A stretch of 50,724 nucleotides of DNA from positions 1 through 50,724 of the forward strand of contig MCFE01000639.1 of assembly GCA_002104905.1 (NCBI GenBank), read 5' to 3'. Source of the stretch: Basidiobolus meristosporus CBS 931.73 (lineage: Eukaryota; Fungi; Basidiobolomycota). Of this stretch, positions 44,389 through 50,724 are shown one piece after another. Under the pieces are notes generated by a model. It searched no databases, was not told the DNA's origin, and saw only the letters and a program-made list of their open reading frames with translations. A program made the translations under genes and the position numbers. Each line of letters starts with the position of its first letter. Position 1 is the first letter of the stretch.

Positions 44389-47204
44389 AGGGGGGGGGAG
44401 AGGGAGTAATGGAAAGACAACAACTCTGGACAGATTCAGTGCGGGCCTTAATATATATGATCTGAAACCCCCTTCACGGCCATCACTTATTATGATAGTG
44501 GTTGATGAGAACCATAGATCAACAATCCCTTGGTTAGCTTGTTATCCATTCAAGACGGTTTCCCCAAATTTGGCATGGGATTAGATGAATCCGAAACTGG
44601 GTTGCAATCGAGCGGCAATCATTCAGAACATCCAAGCTGTCTGTATGAACCGACCTCCTACTGAGCAAAGCGTCGCATGACAATTCCACCATCCGACGGA
44701 TCAGTATATTTTCAAATGAGCCCGTATTCAACCGGTTTCGCACCATCTCTTCAAAGTATTCAGGGGAAGCATCCGATCTTGGATGGCTGTGGTGGTGGTT
44801 TGCTCCTTGAATGTAGGGAAAGCGGTCACTCTAGTCGATATGATGGGGTGTCACCTGATGCTAAGGATGTTCGAGAGCAACCCACCATGTTGGTGGATGT
44901 CCGTCACCGCCAAGGCCGCCTGGCATCCAGATGACAATATGCTGATCGTACGATGCTCACAGTTTGCCACTGCGGCGTACGGATGATAGGCCGGCACCGT
45001 CATGTCGAATGTATCCGATATCACGGTCCATCAGACATCACCAAACCCAAACATCGTTGATTAACTGGGAAGTCCTATCTCTTCAGCAAGCTGCGTGACC
45101 GATGAGGACATCCCTATAATCATTCAACCATCTAAATCCAATTTAATATGCCGCTGTATCTCCGTTCCAGGTGAATCAATCGCCCAGTCCCCACACCTTT
45201 GATTGGGTCAGCTTTATCGGAGGCTGTCTCTTCACCTCCTTCCCGCCACCTATTGGATGAATCTCGATCGAGTTCTGGCTTTTGCTGGATTGGGAAAGTC
45301 GATTGACTTGGTGGTGGTTGGCTGGGAGATCAAGGAATCTCGATGCTACCATTTCGATCACCTATTCTGTATGTATTGCAAGGCAAGCATACTTTCCGCT
45401 GCTGACGGCATCGAAGTAGATAGCGGCGGGAAGCAGAGGCGGCAAATTCCCCTTTGGTAGCGCCTACCTATGGATGCTGTGTGGGAGCTCATGAGACACC
45501 GAACACCTGTCGATCTCGAGAAACGCATGCGGTGTCTTTGCAGTGTCTCACCTAGGTCTTGATACATCAATTCTCTCGTATGCCTTGGGACTGGAGTGGC
45601 ACGATTGATCCCTACCACATGTCAGCTAACGAGCGATGACCACCGGATTTACATCACATTAAGACCAGATCGAGCGGTGCGCGGGAATGGCGAATGGCGA
45701 ATAGCAGGCGTCTGTTCGTCTGGACGTTTCATTTCTTCAACCACATCACCACAGCATGCTCAGGCTGATTGATTGATTCACCTCCCATTGATCTCCATGG
45801 TGATTTGTTTTTGAGACCATCCATCTCACTTGAATCATTCAATTTTAGAAGGTGGTGTAGATGAGGGTTGTTTTGAATACTGGATTCCAACCCACCACCT
45901 TCCCACCATTGTCCACCAAACCTCCTTGAAAGAGGGGCATCAACGTTGCTCAGCCCATCACGCTATTGATGAACCATGCCTTGTGTCCATCCTTCATGCT
46001 GGCCACCTTGGATATACGTAATGCTGAGGAATGGATGAGTCCGACGGCGACAGTCATCTCATGTGCGACACTCTGGTGCCCCCGGAGTGGCCGGATGGAG
46101 GCTGGAGCCAAGGCCGGCCATCAGAGATACCATCAGTCAATCCATACACAGCTGTCAACCGCTGGCTCAAAGTTTAGACGAATTTCGAGGGCACTTGCGA
46201 GGGGCTCCCTCGACCAGCATACCCGCCGATTGCGCCCGGCAGACCATAAGTAGAGCTGTCGCCAGACTCGGTTGTGCCGGCAATGGACTGCCACCACACA
46301 CCGGGAAACGCTGGCCGCGTAGCGTGAGCCTCCGCCAGGCCATGGGAGGCTTCCCGCGAAATCCACATCAAATAGATTTGCGTTGACCAGCGTCTGGAAT
46401 TGTGCAGCAGGGGGGCTGCCGGATAAGGAAAAAAAGGGATAGGGATTTGTTGAGAGTAAATCCAGGCCAGACTGATATTGTTTAGAATAGCGGGCAGTAT
46501 AAAATCGGGCACCTCACTATGTTTGATGAGTCGGTGTAGGCCACTAGCGCTGTGTCTCCAAACTTTGATCAGTTTCAAGGAATGAGCTTGATTCTTGTCA
46601 CACGAACTATGTCTTATCAGTGTGCGCCAAAGCTGATGGATATTGAGGGACATGACGCTCATCCTTTATGTAAGCATCAAAGTTCTCAACCACCCAGCAC
46701 TAGCCACAGGTGCACTTCCCTTCGCCCAGCAGCATCACCTACATCTAGCCGACCCCCAATCAGCCAACCAGCCCACTCGCGCCGTATCCGACATGGTCGC
46801 GTCCACTCAGGCTCACCGTCTCAGTGGATCAGATTCCCGTCGATTAGGTCGCTTGGGAATATCCACGGCCACGGTAAAGATGGCGAAAAACTGGTTTACG
46901 CTTCGGCCACGATGAGCCCATTACCTAATTGACATTTGTAAGCGGTTTCCCTAACTGACTCATGCCAGATAACGCACGCAGAGTGAAACCGATTGTCAAG
47001 GAAATGCCAACCGATAGAGGATTCTGCGGATGCCGTAATTTCATTCTAATCAAGTCCGATGAGCAGTCATCAGCCCAGCATGGCCAAGGGATGGCTTGTT
47101 TATCTGGGTGCAAATAGAGCATAGGAGCGGGGATGGGGATGGGGATGAGGATGAGGATACGGCTAGATCGATTACATTAATGTTGGATGAGTGGTCGTAA
47201 AGGT

Positions 47205-49159
47205 TCATATTAGGATTCGGGCTACAGCCATGGTCTGATTCATTCGCTGCGGGGATAGACATACAGATTATATAATACATAATACGGGTGGTGAGCCTGT
47301 GCAGTACGAAGTATAGTTAAGAGGGGAAGGAAATCATTGGGAAATGGTAAAGAAGAAAGACCCATAGAACACACCCTAGCACCCCAAACCCTGATGAAGG
47401 TTAACCTAAGGAACTGATCGGTGCCATAAACAAAGACGACGTACCTGTTAGAAAGATCGAGGTGGACCCTAGATCCTGAGTGTTCTCGAGACTGTTTAAC
47501 ATCATCTGGACAGAGGTCAGCTAAAGGAACGAGGGGTGAGCGATGGGTTGCATCCAGGAGGTTCGAGAAATCTCACTTTGGCTTGGTTGTTGCCCAACGT
47601 CTGCTCCCCCTTACGTAGGCGTATCTGGGAGCTCTCGGTGTTGGAGAGCAGCTTTTCGGCACTGTGCTCCACCTGCTCCAGTAGCTCGTTGTCCTTCTGA
47701 AGCGTCTCCCACTGATCCATCAACTTTTGCAACTCCTAGCGGCTGCTTAGTACGGTTTGCCACATTTAGGCTTCGCATGTGCGACCTACCTTCTCTTTCG
47801 CGGCCAGTTCATCTAGCTTACCTAATGCGTGATCTAGCTCCTTAACCTTGTCCTGAACAATGTCCTGATGCGGATAGGATAGGTGAGTCGACGGTTTGCG
47901 AAGGGGCTCATTGAAGAAACATACTTGTAGGTTGCTGATGTAGCTCCCGTATTTCAGGCACCTGGTGGAAATCTCCGCCGTAGTGTCTACGAAGGACCTA
48001 GCTCTGGATCGACAAGGGGGTTGTGGTAAACAAAGCATACGCAGGGCTCGGGCAGGGTAAACAACCACCCACCTATTGTTCGGCGAGATCCCATCGTGCT
48101 GTAGCGAGTAGAGCTTCTCCAGTAAGCCAGGGCCTTGGAAGAGGCTTAGCAAAATCAGCCAGGAAAGATGCAGCACCACCTACCGTCAGGGTTCAGCATT
48201 CGATCGGTCACGATAGGATTCAGCTTCGCCTCCAACTCGAACTTGATCCGATTCACAAACTCCCGCTTGCTATGGCTGGACATGGCCTCCAGCAGGAACT
48301 GGCTCTTCCGTGAAGTCAACTGAAAGATTTCTACCACAGAGCAGTTGAGTGGGCCGAACAGTGGAAAAGAATACCACCCTGACGTTTACCTCTTCCCGGG
48401 GACGTTTGAAGAAACACGTCTGCCACGCTGACATACTCGACATCCTCGAACACCTCAAACTCCAACGATTCCTCTAGGAAATTGTCTTGATTGGCCTCCA
48501 GTAACCTCTCGTGGACATGCAATAGCCGTGTCTGCTCTTCAGCATCGATCACTCGAAACCATATGTTCTTCCCAATCACCTTGAATAGTACCAACCGAAA
48601 AGGGGTGAAGTCCACCCCAAGGTCGCTGAACATGTGGTATTTTTGGGCAGGCAGAAATCTCTGGGGGATTCGTGGCGGGAGTGGTGGTGGCGCGGCTGTT
48701 GGTTGAGAGGTGGGGGTGGAGGTGGAGCTTTGAAAGTAGGCGGGTTTGAAAAACCTCAACTTCCTCGAGTCGGAGGACTTCTTCGTTTTGGGCGAAATGG
48801 TGTCTTGACTCTGCCAGTTGGAATATGTTGGCGACGACAAGGGAGAGCCGAGGGTATCTGCATGGAGATTGGCAAAGGCGTTAGTGGAGTGGAAGGATTT
48901 CCGGGGGGGCTTTGGCTTCTCTGAACTCTACACCCGTACCATCACTGTCGTCCACATCTTCTCTTGGAAAGTCATAGTCCAACTTCTCGACCTTCTGCAA
49001 CTTCAAGAACGGGTGGAAAGAGAAACGCTTGTACGTTCGGTGGCTCTTTTTGGAGGACTTCGTTGCATTCGAGGAGGCGGGACTCCGTTTGGGTGCCTCG
49101 GTAGCATTCATGACGAGAGCGTGTGCTGGAGAGGAGGGGCACTGGCTCAATATGTACAC
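47205..49159 (-). CDS. Multi-exon hypothetical protein with C-terminal coiled coil (possible PH-like middle); both ends uncertain
   Basis: Chain of in-phase GT-AG introns (e.g. 48939-48858 with CTAAC; 47444-47391) links ORF fragments KLDYDFPRED, FRLVLFKVIGKNIWF, QFLLEAMSSHSKREFVNRIK, DKVKELDHALGKLDEL and ELQKLMDQWETL. Confidence 0.6.
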
Positions 49160-49659
49160 TTCAATACATTAGGGTACAATCGGACCAGAATTGGAAGTAA
49201 ATTAAAGTGGACGTGTACCAACAACAAATCGGACATGCGGGATGATTATTGAGTGCATGCCCAGTCAGGAAGGGGAATTCTGGGCCTCGTTGAGCATCCG
49301 AGCAGATATATCAGCAGTAACAGGGTTGAACAATCAAATTCAGCTTGCATATTGCCACTATCAATCACATTCTGCATATCCACCAGCATATCCACCAGCA
49401 CCGCCCATCAATCTTATTTTGCATAGCCACCATCAATCCTGTTTAGGGCATCTTGTGTGAACCACGGATTTTATTAGATCCTTCTAAGCATGGTAGATAG
49501 GAAAGAAGTCGCAAATTTACAGATCAATGGTGGCGGTGTCATGTTGTGAACAGGAGAGAGAGGCAAGGAGGATTAGAGACTAGGGAATAGGGAATAAATA
49601 GTCGGCCACTTCAGTCAACATTGAATTTGACGACCACTGAGGTTTGAGGCTAGGGAAGG

Positions 49660-49736
49660 TGGTGTGGGTGTGAGTGTGGGTGTGGGTACGGGAGCGGAAG
49701 TGAGTGTGAGTGTGAGTGTGGGCGTGGGCGTGGCGG
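49660..49736. repeat. Hexamer-type microsatellite (GTGTGR/GCGTGG) just past the GID4 stop
   Basis: GTGTGG/GTGTGA/GCGTGG units. Similar short repeats at ~43195-43220 (GGTGAG) and ~47130-47158 (GGGGAT/GAGGAT). Confidence 0.8.
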
Positions 49737-50724
49737 TCAGGCAAATGTGTAGCTGCTGAAAGTGACGCCACAGCCATCGAGCTTCGGCTTGAGGATCAGG
49801 CGCTGGTAGGGTGTGGAGCTAGGGTCGAAATAGAACCCTGATGCAGATTGGGTGGAGGTTAGGGGGATGCGGGTGGAACAAGACCAAATGGATAGCTACC
49901 AACCCTCGATCAGTCCATCGGACCTACGTAGACACACGTAGTAGAACCCAGCAATTGTTAGCCCACTGTCCTGCGCGGAAACATTCACGAAAAACCTCTC
50001 TGCATGATAGATGGTTGAGTCAGCTCTGTCACGAATCAGCGCGGCGCCCGGTCACAAACCTTTCCACCTCATGAAGACGTATTTGCGGTGGATCTCCGCC
50101 AACGAATTCACCGAGTTCGCTCCAAGAGTGATGCTACAACCATGTGACTAGAAGCACTTCGTTACCAACACAAATCTGGCCACTTACTCCGTAGAATCGA
50201 TCCCTTTGAAGGCTTTGAACATCCGCCAATGCTGCAGATCGATGTCTCGATTAGCCTGCCACTTGTCGGTCCACAGGTTGTGATTAGTGAAGTCGACGAT
50301 CTGGTGTGCGTGGGATTAGTGACTAGAGCAAGATGCGACGCGGGTCTCAGCGAAACATACCTCGCCATCCCAGTAGGTGAGGACAGTTGCGGTGGTTGCC
50401 GGTACATTCAGAGCTTCCATCAACCCACGATGGTGCCGTTCTTGTGGTTCACTGCGTTGATGGTCTAGGCCAAAATGAGAATCAGGTTCAGCAAAGAATA
50501 TCCGCCTACGTACCACTTTCACCTCCCACTCCTCTCTGCCTGAGCTCTGTGTACGGTGGTTGATCAGATTCTGGGTGCCAAGGAACACTCTACCCGGTCG
50601 GAGGTAGCTGTTCTCCTGGAGAGTCAACTCCACCAAAGGCTTGCCAAGCGCATATGCCTGGAACGGAGATAGCTTTGTCTGGCGGGCTGAACGTAGGTAT
50701 TCGGCCAGGTTGGATATCCGGATG
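49737..50724 (-). CDS. GID4: GID complex subunit 4 / vacuolar import and degradation protein 24 (5' end outside window; -1 frameshift at ~50424)
   Basis: Exons >50724-50514, 50464-50361, 50300-50188, 50133-50060, 49999-49904, 49837-49737. Motifs YLRPGRVFLGTQ, TYWDGEI, DLQHWRMFKAF, KYVFMRWKERFFV, GLTIAGFYYVCL, GFYFDPSSTPYQRL. Confidence 0.93.

Noticed and set aside
45990-46030. LATLDIRNA resembling a non-LTR reverse-transcriptase motif
   Set aside because: No following AFD and no other RT motifs nearby; likely chance.

Overview
Eukaryotic, most likely fungal, DNA (GT-AG introns of about 50-110 bp with CTAAC-type branch points, fungal-type retroelements) in two sharply different domains. Bases 1 to ~41.1 kb are a nearly CpG-free block of nested, mostly decayed transposons: Ty3/gypsy elements and solo LTRs (my working families A, B, C, E), Ty1/copia elements (D, D2; one full-length with 5-bp TSD), CACTA/En-Spm transposase relics, and a two-gene PIF/Harbinger-like module. 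From ~41.2 kb to the end CpG is normal and host genes occur: a 3-exon DUF1963/YwqG-like gene, a multi-exon coiled-coil hypothetical gene, and GID4/VID24 (5' end outside the window; one -1 frameshift in a G run). Most interesting: (1) all four visible A/B-family insertion sites are 4-bp S-CG-S targets (GCGG, CCGG, CCGC, GCGC), suggesting a CpG-targeting integrase in a genome that erases CpG from repeats; (2) the A element appears to be gag-protease-only; (3) a CArG/Mcm1-type palindrome is shared by three LTR families; (4) the Harbinger transposase is CpG-free yet almost intact while its partner ORF is CpG-rich; (5) the CpG-loss boundary runs ~600 bp past the last TE. All alignments were by eye; no database searches were run, so family and domain names come from motif recognition.
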